DNA of 34,146 bases from the NCBI GenBank assembly GCA_046754205.1, contig JBHHVK010000002.1:1-34146 (forward strand), written 5' to 3'. Positions within the stretch are counted from its first letter, which is position 1. Each line of letters begins with the position of its first letter. A program made the translations under genes and the position numbers. Under the pieces are notes generated by a model that had not been told where the DNA came from, did not search any database, and saw only the letters and a program-made list of their open reading frames with translations. The DNA comes from Thermodesulfobacteriota bacterium. GTDB taxonomy: Bacteria; Desulfobacterota; GWC2-55-46; JBHHVK01. Positions 16,753 to 24,392 of the stretch are shown here, in pieces.

Positions 16753-16767
16753 GCAAAACCTGTGCCA
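16753..16767 (-). promoter_or_regulatory. Sigma-54 (-24/-12) promoter of the PEP-CTERM gene
   Basis: The minus strand reads TGGCAC-AGGTT-TTGC-T, an exact match to TGGCAC-N5-TTGCW, about 65 nt upstream of the ATG. An IHF-like AATCAGGAGGTTA preceded by an A/T tract lies just upstream (+ coordinates 16785-16812). Confidence 0.75.
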
Positions 16768-17133
16768 CGGCAGGTCTCTGCCTGTAACCTCCTGATTTAT
16801 TAAAATAAAATGCAACCGGGCCGCATCCTCCCCGCCGCATGTTGTAAAGATGTTTTACGCAGGATGGGGCCTGAAGCCCCGTACTCCTATAAAAAGCCAG
16901 ATAAATTAATCGGTTGGGAGGCGCACGGGGTGTAAAGAAATTATACGGCAACGTCGAGGACCCTGGCCGCGAGGTCCTCATGCCGCACAGCCCGTTCGCC
17001 GTCCGCACCTTTGAGGCGATCGTCCCCGCCTCCGGGCGCCCTGCCGGCCCCCGCGGTTGCGCTTCCGGGTTTTCCTGTTAGACTTGTAATTATGGGCGGC
17101 ATTGCACGCGGTCTTCAGGGGGCCGGATTGAAA

Positions 17134-17964
17134 ATGCTTTACGAAGGCAAAGAGGTATCGAGACTCCTGGGGGTATCCGAGAGCCAGATCCGCTACTGGG
17201 ACGCCACGGGGCTCATCCCCGGGGCCGAGAAGAAGGGGGCTTCGGTTTTCTTCGACAGCCGCGCCCTGATAGCGCTCCGCGCCGCAAGGGAGCTCCGCGA
17301 AAGAGGGGTCTCCCTGTGCAGGATAAAGAAGTCCCTCGAGGCCCTCGCCTCCACCTGCCCGGACGTGGAATCCCTCATGAAGGCCACCATATCCCTTCAG
17401 GGGTCGAGGGTGGTCATAACCTGTGACGGCCCGGACTTCACCCCCGGGGGGCGGTTCGTCGTCGACCTCTCCGGCGACCCCGTGCCTTCTCCTCCCCTGG
17501 CAAGCGACGACAGGGAGGCGCTCTTCTTCCGGGCCATCGAGCTCGAGGAGCAGGGCCGCCTCGACGTGGCCCTGAGGCTGTACCTGGAGGTGCTGGCCCT
17601 GGACCCCTGCAACGCCGACGCCCTGGTAAACGTCGGGAACATCGAGTACGTCCTCGAATGCCCGGAGAAGGCGGAGCACTGCTACAGGGAGGCGCTCCTG
17701 GCCGACCCGGACCACATAGAGGCCAACTACAACCTCGCCGCCATACTCTCGGAGCAGGGGGACCTCGTCAACGCGGTCATCTTCTACAGGAAGGCCCTCC
17801 ACGAGGACGAGGACTTCGCCAACGCCCACTTCAACATCGCCAGGGCCTTCGAGGAGCTCGGCTTGAGGAACAAGGCGCTCGACCACTGGGGCCGGTACCT
17901 CCAGCTCGACCCGGACGGCAGATGGGCGGACTTCGTAAGAAACCTCCTCGAGGGGAGGGAATAG
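17134..17964 (+). CDS. MerR-type HTH fused to TPR repeats
   Basis: N-terminus KEVSRLLGVSESQIRYWDATGLIP is a MerR-like HTH. The C-terminal half holds repeated TPR units (ALRLYLEVLALDPCNADALVNVG..., EANYNLAAIL..., NAHFNIARAF...). The start at the ATG at 17134 is preferred over the Pro/Ala-rich extension from 17011. Confidence 0.65.
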   Translation: MLYEGKEVSRLLGVSESQIRYWDATGLIPGAEKKGASVFFDSRALIALRAARELRERGVSLCRIKKSLEALASTCPDVESLMKATISLQGSRVVITCDGPDFTPGGRFVVDLSGDPVPSPPLASDDREALFFRAIELEEQGRLDVALRLYLEVLALDPCNADALVNVGNIEYVLECPEKAEHCYREALLADPDHIEANYNLAAILSEQGDLVNAVIFYRKALHEDEDFANAHFNIARAFEELGLRNKALDHWGRYLQLDPDGRWADFVRNLLEGRE

Positions 17965-17966
17965 AC

Positions 17967-18017
17967 GCCCCCCCGCCCCCCCCGGCCCTCCCCGCCGGGC
18001 CCCCTGCCTCTTCCTCC
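17967..18017 (+). repeat. C-run tract (G-runs on the minus strand) right after the MerR-TPR stop
   Basis: CGCCCCCCCGCCCCCCCCGGCCCTCCCCGCCGGGCCCCCTGCCTCTTCCTCC. Confidence 0.6.
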
Positions 18018-18056
18018 TTGAAAAGACCACCCATTTCAAAGTAAAATATCCTTCTT

Positions 18057-19400
18057 ATGGTACAGAGCGGGAGAACGAGAGTATGTCTCACGAGCCTCGG
18101 GTGCCCCAAGAACCTCGTGGACTCCGAGGTGATGCTCGGCATCCTCGAGGAGTCGGGCTTCGAGATAACGAGCGACGAGTCCGGGGCCGAGGTGCTCGTC
18201 GTCAACACCTGCGGCTTTGTCGGTGACGCCAAGGAGGAGTCGATTGCCGAGATATTGAGGCTCGCCGACTACAAGAAGACGGGGGCGTGCAGGCGGCTCG
18301 TCGTCACCGGGTGCCTGTCGCAGAGGTACGCCCGTGAGCTCGCCGGCGAGATGCCCGAGGTGGACTGCTTCGTCGGCACCGGAGAGTACGCCCGGATAGC
18401 CGAGGCCGCAGGCCGCGGCTTCGGCGGCAGGGTCCTCGTCGGCGCGCCCACCTACATACACGACTACGACACCCCGAGGATACTCTCCACACCGGGCTTC
18501 TACGCGTACGTAAAGGTCGCCGAGGGTTGCAGTAATCACTGCTCCTACTGCTCCATACCGGCCATAAGGGGGGAGTTCAGAAGCAGGGCCGCCGGGAGCG
18601 TGGCAAGGGAGGTGGCCTCGCTCGCCTCCCGGGGTGTGCGCGAGATAAACCTCGTCGCCCAGGACACCACCAGCTACGGGGCCGACAGGGGGGCGGAAGA
18701 AAGACTCCCGGCGCTCCTCAAGAGGCTCGTTACAGTCGAGGGTGTGGAGTGGATAAGGCTCCTGTACCTCTATCCGGGCAGACTCACCGAAGAGCTCATG
18801 GACCTCATCGCCGGAGAGGAGAAGGTCCTCGGCTACGTGGACCTGCCGCTCCAGCACATAAGCGGCCCGGTGCTCCGGGCCATGAACAGGCGCTACGACC
18901 GCGCCGTGGTCGCCGAGGAAATCGGAAGACTCCGGGAGAGGGTCCCCGGGGTGGTGCTCCGTACTTCTCTCATCGTCGGCTTTCCCGGTGAGACCGATAG
19001 CGACTTCGCCGGGCTCATGGACTTCATAAGCCGGACGCGCTTCGACCGTCTCGGCGTATTCAGGTATTCCCGGGAGGAGTCCACCGCGGCCTATGACATG
19101 GGAGGCCAGGTCCCGGAGAGCGTCAAGACCGAGAGGATGAACGCGGTGATGGAGGCCCAGAGGGTCATATCCCTTGAGAAGAACAGCTCGCTTGTGGGCG
19201 CGGAGCTCCGGGTCCTCGTGGAAGGCGCCGCCGACGACGAGGGTTTCCCCCTGAAGGGGAGGGCATGGTCCCAGGCCCCGGAGGTGGACGGCTGCGTCTA
19301 CATAACCGGGTCCTCGGCCCGGCCGGGAGACATTATCACGGTGAGGGTCACCGAGGCGTGGGACTACGACCTCGTGGGCGTCGAGTCCGGGCGGCCCTGA
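18057..19400 (+). CDS. rimO: Ribosomal protein S12 methylthiotransferase RimO (radical SAM MTTase)
   Basis: UPF0004 domain LGCPKNLVDSE...VVNTCGF. Radical SAM motif CSNHCSYCSIP. C-terminal TRAM domain (VLVEG...GRAWSQAPEVDG). Confidence 0.9.
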   Translation: MVQSGRTRVCLTSLGCPKNLVDSEVMLGILEESGFEITSDESGAEVLVVNTCGFVGDAKEESIAEILRLADYKKTGACRRLVVTGCLSQRYARELAGEMPEVDCFVGTGEYARIAEAAGRGFGGRVLVGAPTYIHDYDTPRILSTPGFYAYVKVAEGCSNHCSYCSIPAIRGEFRSRAAGSVAREVASLASRGVREINLVAQDTTSYGADRGAEERLPALLKRLVTVEGVEWIRLLYLYPGRLTEELMDLIAGEEKVLGYVDLPLQHISGPVLRAMNRRYDRAVVAEEIGRLRERVPGVVLRTSLIVGFPGETDSDFAGLMDFISRTRFDRLGVFRYSREESTAAYDMGGQVPESVKTERMNAVMEAQRVISLEKNSSLVGAELRVLVEGAADDEGFPLKGRAWSQAPEVDGCVYITGSSARPGDIITVRVTEAWDYDLVGVESGRP

Positions 19401-19449
19401 AGACCCCCGGGGTTCGGAGGAAAAACCCTCTTGCGAAAGGCGACCCCCT

Positions 19450-19797
19450 TTGACCCCTGAACGGACAGTCCGGCAGATGATCATCGAGGCCCTCAGGGCC
19501 GGGATGATGACCGCCGTGGAAATCTCCGGCGCCGTCGGCATATCCGAGAAGGAGGTCTACGAGCACCTGCCGCACGTGGCCCGCTCGGTGGGGCACTCGG
19601 GGGACGGCGGCAAGGGCCGGGGGGGCCGGGGGGGCCGGGGGGGGCGGGGGCGCCTGAGGTTCGTCGTCGAACCCCCGCTCTGCGGCGGCTGCGGTTTTGC
19701 CTTCAGGAAGAGGGACCGCTTCAAGACCCCGGCGCGGTGCCCGCTCTGCCGATCGGGGCAGATAAGGGAGACCCGGTTCGGGATTATAGAGGAGTGA
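19450..19797 (+). CDS. HTH domain fused to a C-terminal Zn-ribbon (COG3357-like predicted regulator) with an internal RGG repeat
   Basis: IIEALRAGMMTAVEISGAVGISEKEVYEHLPHVARS, then GKGRGGRGGRGGRGR, then CGGCGFAF...ARCPLCRS (CxxC...CxxC). TTG start, with an alternative ATG at 19477. Confidence 0.65.
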   Translation: MTPERTVRQMIIEALRAGMMTAVEISGAVGISEKEVYEHLPHVARSVGHSGDGGKGRGGRGGRGGRGRLRFVVEPPLCGGCGFAFRKRDRFKTPARCPLCRSGQIRETRFGIIEE

Positions 19798-20804
19798 GTC
19801 CCCCCTTGCGCACAAGAGCCGTCTTTCATCCAATCCGCGGCGTCGGTCTCGTCCTCGCCCTCGTCCTCTTTTCGCTCGTCGCGCTCCAATGCCGGTCCGC
19901 GTCGGCGGCGGAGCGCCCTGCGCCCGCGCCCGGCCCGGCGCGCCCCCTTGAGCTCACCCTCTCAACGGGCATAAGGACGGACGACCTCGACTGGAGCATA
20001 GCCGGCAACACGGCCGGGGCAAACCCCAACATCCTCTCCGAGCTTACCTGGAGGGACGTCGAGAGCGTCTACCTCAAGGGCTCGGGCAGGGTCCACATCG
20101 CCGCGGGTTACTGGCTCAGGGGCTCGGTGGACTGGGGCTCCATCTACAGCGGTTCGAACCAGGACTCGGACTTCGCCGGAGACGACAGGACGCTCGAGTG
20201 GTCCCGCTCGGAAAACAACGCCGGCGATGGGAACCTCTGGGACCTCTCGGCGGCCCTCGAGTCTCCCGGCTGGAGGCCGGCGCCGTGGCTCACCGTCACG
20301 CCTCTCCTCGGCTTTTCCTACCACAGGCAGAACCTCTCCATAACCGACGGCCTCCAGACCGTCTCCAGGCCGTCGATCAACCCGAAGGTCGCCCCCCTGG
20401 GTCCTATAGCCGGTCTTGACAGCCGGTACTCGGCCTGGTGGTTCGGCCCCTGGAGCGGCGCGGAGGTCCGGCTCTCGGGCGGAGCGGTCTCCATTACGGG
20501 CTCCTTTGAGTACCACTATGCGTATTACAGGGCAGAGGCGGACTGGAACCTCAGAACGGACCTCGCCCACCCCGTGAGCTTCGAGCACACGGCCGAAGGC
20601 TACGGGCTTGTCTTTTCGGTCGGGGCGGACTATAATTTCACCAGCCGCCTTAGTGCGGGACTTGCGGCCGACGCGCACCACTGGCGCGCAACGGACGGCA
20701 TCGACAGGATTAACTCCGCCGTCGGCGGCTCGTCCGATACGCGCCTGAACGAGGTCAACTGGAGCTCTTACGCCGTCCTGGCCGGTATCACCTATACCTT
20801 CTGA
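19794..20804 (+). CDS. Outer-membrane beta-barrel protein with omptin-like sequence features
   Basis: Signal peptide ...GLVLALVLFSLVALQCRSASA. LSELTWRD, NQDSDF and LLGFSYHRQ segments line up with OmpT LSQLDWK, DQDWM and MAGYQESRY. Terminal ITYTF barrel signature. The start is uncertain: GTG 19794 overlaps the upstream stop as GTGA, and TTG 19806 is an alternative. Confidence 0.55.
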   Translation: MSPPLRTRAVFHPIRGVGLVLALVLFSLVALQCRSASAAERPAPAPGPARPLELTLSTGIRTDDLDWSIAGNTAGANPNILSELTWRDVESVYLKGSGRVHIAAGYWLRGSVDWGSIYSGSNQDSDFAGDDRTLEWSRSENNAGDGNLWDLSAALESPGWRPAPWLTVTPLLGFSYHRQNLSITDGLQTVSRPSINPKVAPLGPIAGLDSRYSAWWFGPWSGAEVRLSGGAVSITGSFEYHYAYYRAEADWNLRTDLAHPVSFEHTAEGYGLVFSVGADYNFTSRLSAGLAADAHHWRATDGIDRINSAVGGSSDTRLNEVNWSSYAVLAGITYTF

Positions 20805-20826
20805 GCCCGGACCGGGGAGATAAGCG

Positions 20827-21237
20827 ATGAGAAACTTCATATCACGGGGCGGTACCGCTCCGTTCGCCGCCGCAGTGGTCTTCTTCGTTATCCTTCTATT
20901 CCATCCCGCGGGCGCTTCGTCCGGGGGTTCCTTCACCCTCGACCCCGAGTCCGCCTCCTGCGTCGGGTGCCACGGCGCCGAGGCCGACCCTGCCTCCGGC
21001 GCTCCCGGTCACCCGGGACGCACCAGCCACCCCGTGGGCATGGACTACGCTGCAGCCGCGGCCCGCGACCGCTCGCTCGCGCCGCCCGCGGACCTCGACC
21101 CGAGGCTCGTGCTCGCCGATGGCAGGGTCGGCTGCGCGACCTGCCATCTGCCCTACTCGAAGGCGAGCCACGCCGGCCCCATGCTCGTCATCGACAACGC
21201 CGGCAGCCGCCTCTGCCTCGCCTGCCACAGGAAGTAG
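20827..21237 (+). CDS. Small secreted or membrane-anchored tri-haem c-type cytochrome
   Basis: N-terminal hydrophobic segment AAAVVFFVILLF. Three CXXCH motifs: CVGCH, CATCH and CLACH. 136 aa. Starts 23 nt after the barrel gene. Confidence 0.8.
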   Translation: MRNFISRGGTAPFAAAVVFFVILLFHPAGASSGGSFTLDPESASCVGCHGAEADPASGAPGHPGRTSHPVGMDYAAAAARDRSLAPPADLDPRLVLADGRVGCATCHLPYSKASHAGPMLVIDNAGSRLCLACHRK

Positions 21238-21264
21238 GCCCTCCGGCGCAACCATAAAAAAGGC

Positions 21265-21294
21265 TTGACAATAGTCCTCGATATATACTATAAG
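21265..21294 (+). promoter_or_regulatory. Promoter of the riboswitch-controlled sulfur operon
   Basis: TTGACA (21265-21270), 18-bp spacer, TATAAG (21289-21294), about 30 nt before the riboswitch P1 helix. Confidence 0.55.
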
Positions 21295-21321
21295 TTAACC
21301 TACAACTTAATATTTCACGGA

Positions 21322-21500
21322 CTTCTTATCGAGAGTGGCAGAGGGACTGGCCCGATGAAGCCACAGCAACCGGTCCGCCTCAGGGCGTGATGTCAGGTGC
21401 TAATTCCAGCAAGGCCGTGGGAGACGTCATGTACCGTGCCGGGCGTCGCAACCCGTACCCCCAGGGGGGCTCGGGTTTCCCAGGACTTGGAAGATAAGGA
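21322..21500 (+). promoter_or_regulatory. SAM-I (S-box) riboswitch aptamer
   Basis: CTTATC-GAGAG-TGGCAGAGGGACTGGCCCGATGAAGCCAC-AGCAACC...GGTGCTAATTCCAGCAAGG...GGAAGATAAGG. It matches the S-box consensus in P1, the P2 kink-turn, the GCAACC / GGTGCTAA junctions and the closing GATAAG. The P4 arm is unusually long. Confidence 0.9.
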
Positions 21501-21508
21501 AAGGTTAC

Positions 21509-21548
21509 CGCCTCTTCTTAGCTTCGGAAAATAAGAAGGGGCTTTTTT
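21509..21548 (+). terminator. Riboswitch expression-platform terminator
   Basis: CCTCTTCTTA (21511-21520) pairs with TAAGAAGGGG (21532-21541), followed by CTTTTTT. The 3' P1 strand GATAAGGAAAGG can alternatively pair with CCTCTTCTTA as an antiterminator. Confidence 0.8.
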
Positions 21549-21683
21549 AATGCCCTTTCCATCCCCCCGACCCTCAGGCCCCGCCTTGATAACGAAAAGC
21601 CCTTGAAAGACGTCATCCGTTAAAAAACGGCGCGAAGACCCGCGGGCCCCGTTCCGCCGGGCAAACGAAGAGGAGGAGAGTGT

Positions 21684-22931
21684 ATGAATTGCATGAAGGG
21701 GTTGAGGTGCAGGGAGTGCGGCAAGGAGTACCCGCACGAGGCCCTGCACGTCTGCGAGCTCTGTTTCGGCCCTCTCGAAGTCCACTACGACTACGATAGG
21801 ATAAAGGAGGTCCTCACCAGGGAGACCATCGAGTCGAGGCAGCCGAACATGTGGCGGTACAGGGAGCTGCTCCCCCTCGATGGAGACCCCTCCGTCGGGG
21901 GCCAGGTGGGGTTCACCCCTCTTATAAGGGCGAGAAACCTCGAAAAGGTCCTCGGGGTGCGCGAGCTCTACCTGAAGAACGACGCCGTCAACTACCCCAC
22001 GCTCTCCTTCAAGGACCGCGTCGTCTCCGTGGCCATATCCCGCGCCCGCGAGATGGGCTTTGACACCGTGGCCTGCGCGTCCACGGGAAACCTGGCCAAC
22101 TCCGTGGCGGCCAACGCCGCCGCCTGCGGGATGAAGAGCTACGTCTTCATCCCCTACGACCTCGAGCAGACCAAGATAACGGGCACGCTCGTCTACGGGG
22201 CCAAGGTCGTGGGCATCAAGGGCGCCTACGACGAGGTCAACCGCCTCTGCTCGGAGATAGCCGGAAAGTACGGCTGGGCCTTCGTCAACATAAACATACG
22301 CCCCTACTACGCCGAGGGCTCGAAGACCTTCGGCCACGAGATAGCCGAGCAGCTCGGCTGGAGGCTCCCGAAGCACGTGGTGGTGCCCATGGCCGGGGGC
22401 TCCCTCATAACCAAGATATGGAAGGCCTTCGAGGAGTTCAAGAAGCTCGGCCTGGTGGAGGACACCGGGACCAGCGTCTACGGGGCGCAGGCCGCCGGGT
22501 GCGCGCCCATCGTCACCGCCGTCAAGGAGGGCAGTGAGCTCATCCGCCCGGTCAAGGCCAGGACCATAGCCAAGTCGCTGGCCATAGGCAACCCCGCCGA
22601 CGGATACTACTCCGCAAAGACCATCCGCGAGAGCGGAGGCTGGGGCGAGGACGTCACCGACGCCGAGATAGTGGACGCCATGAAGATGCTCGCCGAGACC
22701 GAGGGCGTCTTCGCCGAGACCGCCGGGGGCGTGACCTTCGGAGTGGCCAAAAAACTCATCGAGCAGGGCCGCATCCCCACCGACGAGTCCATAGTGATAT
22801 CCATAACCGGAAACGGCCTCAAGACGCAGGAGGCCCTGAACGGCTCGATCGAGCCCCCGGTGGTCATAGACGCCAGGCTCGGGGAGTTCGACGCCCTGGT
22901 CAGGGCAGAGGAAAAAGAGCTCGCCCTTTGA
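21684..22931 (+). CDS. Threonine-synthase-family PLP enzyme with an N-terminal Zn-ribbon (candidate O-phosphohomoserine-dependent homocysteine synthase)
   Basis: CRECGKEY...CELCFGPL zinc ribbon. PLP-lysine motif PTLSFKDRVVS. ASTGNLANS and MAGGSL. GAGGAGGAGAG RBS. Sits behind a SAM riboswitch. Confidence 0.8.
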   Translation: MNCMKGLRCRECGKEYPHEALHVCELCFGPLEVHYDYDRIKEVLTRETIESRQPNMWRYRELLPLDGDPSVGGQVGFTPLIRARNLEKVLGVRELYLKNDAVNYPTLSFKDRVVSVAISRAREMGFDTVACASTGNLANSVAANAAACGMKSYVFIPYDLEQTKITGTLVYGAKVVGIKGAYDEVNRLCSEIAGKYGWAFVNINIRPYYAEGSKTFGHEIAEQLGWRLPKHVVVPMAGGSLITKIWKAFEEFKKLGLVEDTGTSVYGAQAAGCAPIVTAVKEGSELIRPVKARTIAKSLAIGNPADGYYSAKTIRESGGWGEDVTDAEIVDAMKMLAETEGVFAETAGGVTFGVAKKLIEQGRIPTDESIVISITGNGLKTQEALNGSIEPPVVIDARLGEFDALVRAEEKELAL

Positions 22932-23132
22932 CCCCGGCCGGGCCGGAAGGCCGCGGACCGGGCGCCGGGGCCTTAAAAAAACTCTCTCAAATCGGCCGGA
23001 TTTCTGGTATCATAAAAAGATATGGTCTTGCGTCCGGCCCGGCCGCGCCGGCGGCCTCTTTACGCCCGCCCAGGGGCGCCGCGCCGGGAACGGACGAAAT
23101 TGATGATGATATGGAAGGGAGCGATCTGAACC

Positions 23133-24119
23133 ATGACGGACCACTTCATAGAGGACAAGAGGCACAAGGTCGACGTCGCCCTCGAAGGCGTAGGCCACGG
23201 CAAGGTGGACTTTGGCGACCTCAAGTCCGGCGGCTTCATAAAGCAGCGCCAGAAGGACCTCTTCACCGTGCGCCTCAGGTGCCCCGGCGGGAGGATGGAG
23301 ACTAAAAAGCTCGTTGAGATATCCAAGATAGCCGACAAGTACAGCAAAAAGGGGGTGGTGCACTTCAGCTACCGCCAGTCCCTCGAGATACTCTACGTCG
23401 ACTACAACGAGTTCAACAACATAGTCGCGGAGCTTGAAAAGATCGGCCAGAAGGTCGCCTCCTGCGGACCCAGGGTCCGCGTGCCCACGGCCTGCGGGGG
23501 CTGCGAGTACAACCCCAACGGGCTCATCGACACCCAGGCGCTCGCCGCGATGGTCGACGAGAAGTTCTTCGGCACGCCCACGCCCCACAAGTTCAAGACC
23601 TGCTTTTCAGGCTGCCCCATAGACTGCTCCCGGAGCAAGGAGATGGACCTCGGCTTCCAGGGCGTCGTCGAGCCCGAGTGGGACAAGCCGCTCTGCACGG
23701 GCTGCACCATCTGCGCGGAGGCCTGCAAGGAGGACGCCATAGAGAGCGACTCGGAGACGGGCATGCCCTACTTCGACCCGAAAAAATGCATCTACTGCGG
23801 CGACTGCATCCGCGCCTGCCCGACCGAGGCCTGGAAGGTCAAGAGGTATGGCCACACCGTAAGGATAGGCGGCAAGCACGGACGGCACCCCATGGAGTCG
23901 GTCGAGGTGGCCAACTTCATACCCGACGACAGGGTCGCCGCGGTAATAGAAAAGACCGTCGAGTGGTACAACGCCAACGGAGACCGCTTCGAGAGGATAG
24001 GCAACACCTTAAAGCGCGTCGGGCTCGACAAGTACATCGAGTTCATGGGTCCGCTGCTCGTCACCGAGCCCGCGGCGGAGTCGGGGGGCTATAAGAAACC
24101 GACCGAGAAGGCGGGTTGA
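23133..24119 (+). CDS. Small Dsr-like / assimilatory-type sulfite reductase (sirohaem-[4Fe-4S] domain with an inserted 2x[4Fe-4S] ferredoxin domain)
   Basis: Sirohaem-cluster Cys pattern TACGGCEY...CFSGCPIDC. Ferredoxin motifs CTGCTICAEAC and CIYCGDCIRACP. 328 aa. Confidence 0.7.
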   Translation: MTDHFIEDKRHKVDVALEGVGHGKVDFGDLKSGGFIKQRQKDLFTVRLRCPGGRMETKKLVEISKIADKYSKKGVVHFSYRQSLEILYVDYNEFNNIVAELEKIGQKVASCGPRVRVPTACGGCEYNPNGLIDTQALAAMVDEKFFGTPTPHKFKTCFSGCPIDCSRSKEMDLGFQGVVEPEWDKPLCTGCTICAEACKEDAIESDSETGMPYFDPKKCIYCGDCIRACPTEAWKVKRYGHTVRIGGKHGRHPMESVEVANFIPDDRVAAVIEKTVEWYNANGDRFERIGNTLKRVGLDKYIEFMGPLLVTEPAAESGGYKKPTEKAG

Positions 24120-24152
24120 CGATACCGAACGAACAGGAAGAGAGTTCCCCTT

Positions 24153-24392
24153 ATGAGTGAAATCAAACCCGATGTCTCCCTCGACCTGCGGGGAGTGATG
24201 TGCCCCACGAACTTCGTCAAGGCAAAGCTGAAGTTAGAGATGATGGAAGAGGGCCAGGTCTTAGAGCTCGTCCTCGACAGCGGCGAGCCTATCGCGAACG
24301 TGCCCAAGTCCATAAAGGAGGAGGGGCACAGGGTCGTGGAGGTGAAGAGGGAGGACGACCACTTCCGCCTCAAGGTCCGCAAGGAGGCTTAG
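24153..24392 (+). CDS. TusA/SirA-family sulfur-carrier-like protein
   Basis: 79 aa. LDLRGVMCPTNFVKAKLKL holds the conserved active-site Cys-Pro of the TusA fold. Confidence 0.75.
   Translation: MSEIKPDVSLDLRGVMCPTNFVKAKLKLEMMEEGQVLELVLDSGEPIANVPKSIKEEGHRVVEVKREDDHFRLKVRKEA

Noticed and set aside
21422-21616. The 9-mer AGACGTCAT occurring twice (in riboswitch P4 and in the leader before the ThrC-like gene), resembling the MetJ met-box AGACGTCT.
   Set aside because: MetJ is restricted to gammaproteobacteria and needs tandem 8-bp boxes. Here the copies are single, about 185 nt apart, and one lies inside the riboswitch. This is likely coincidence.
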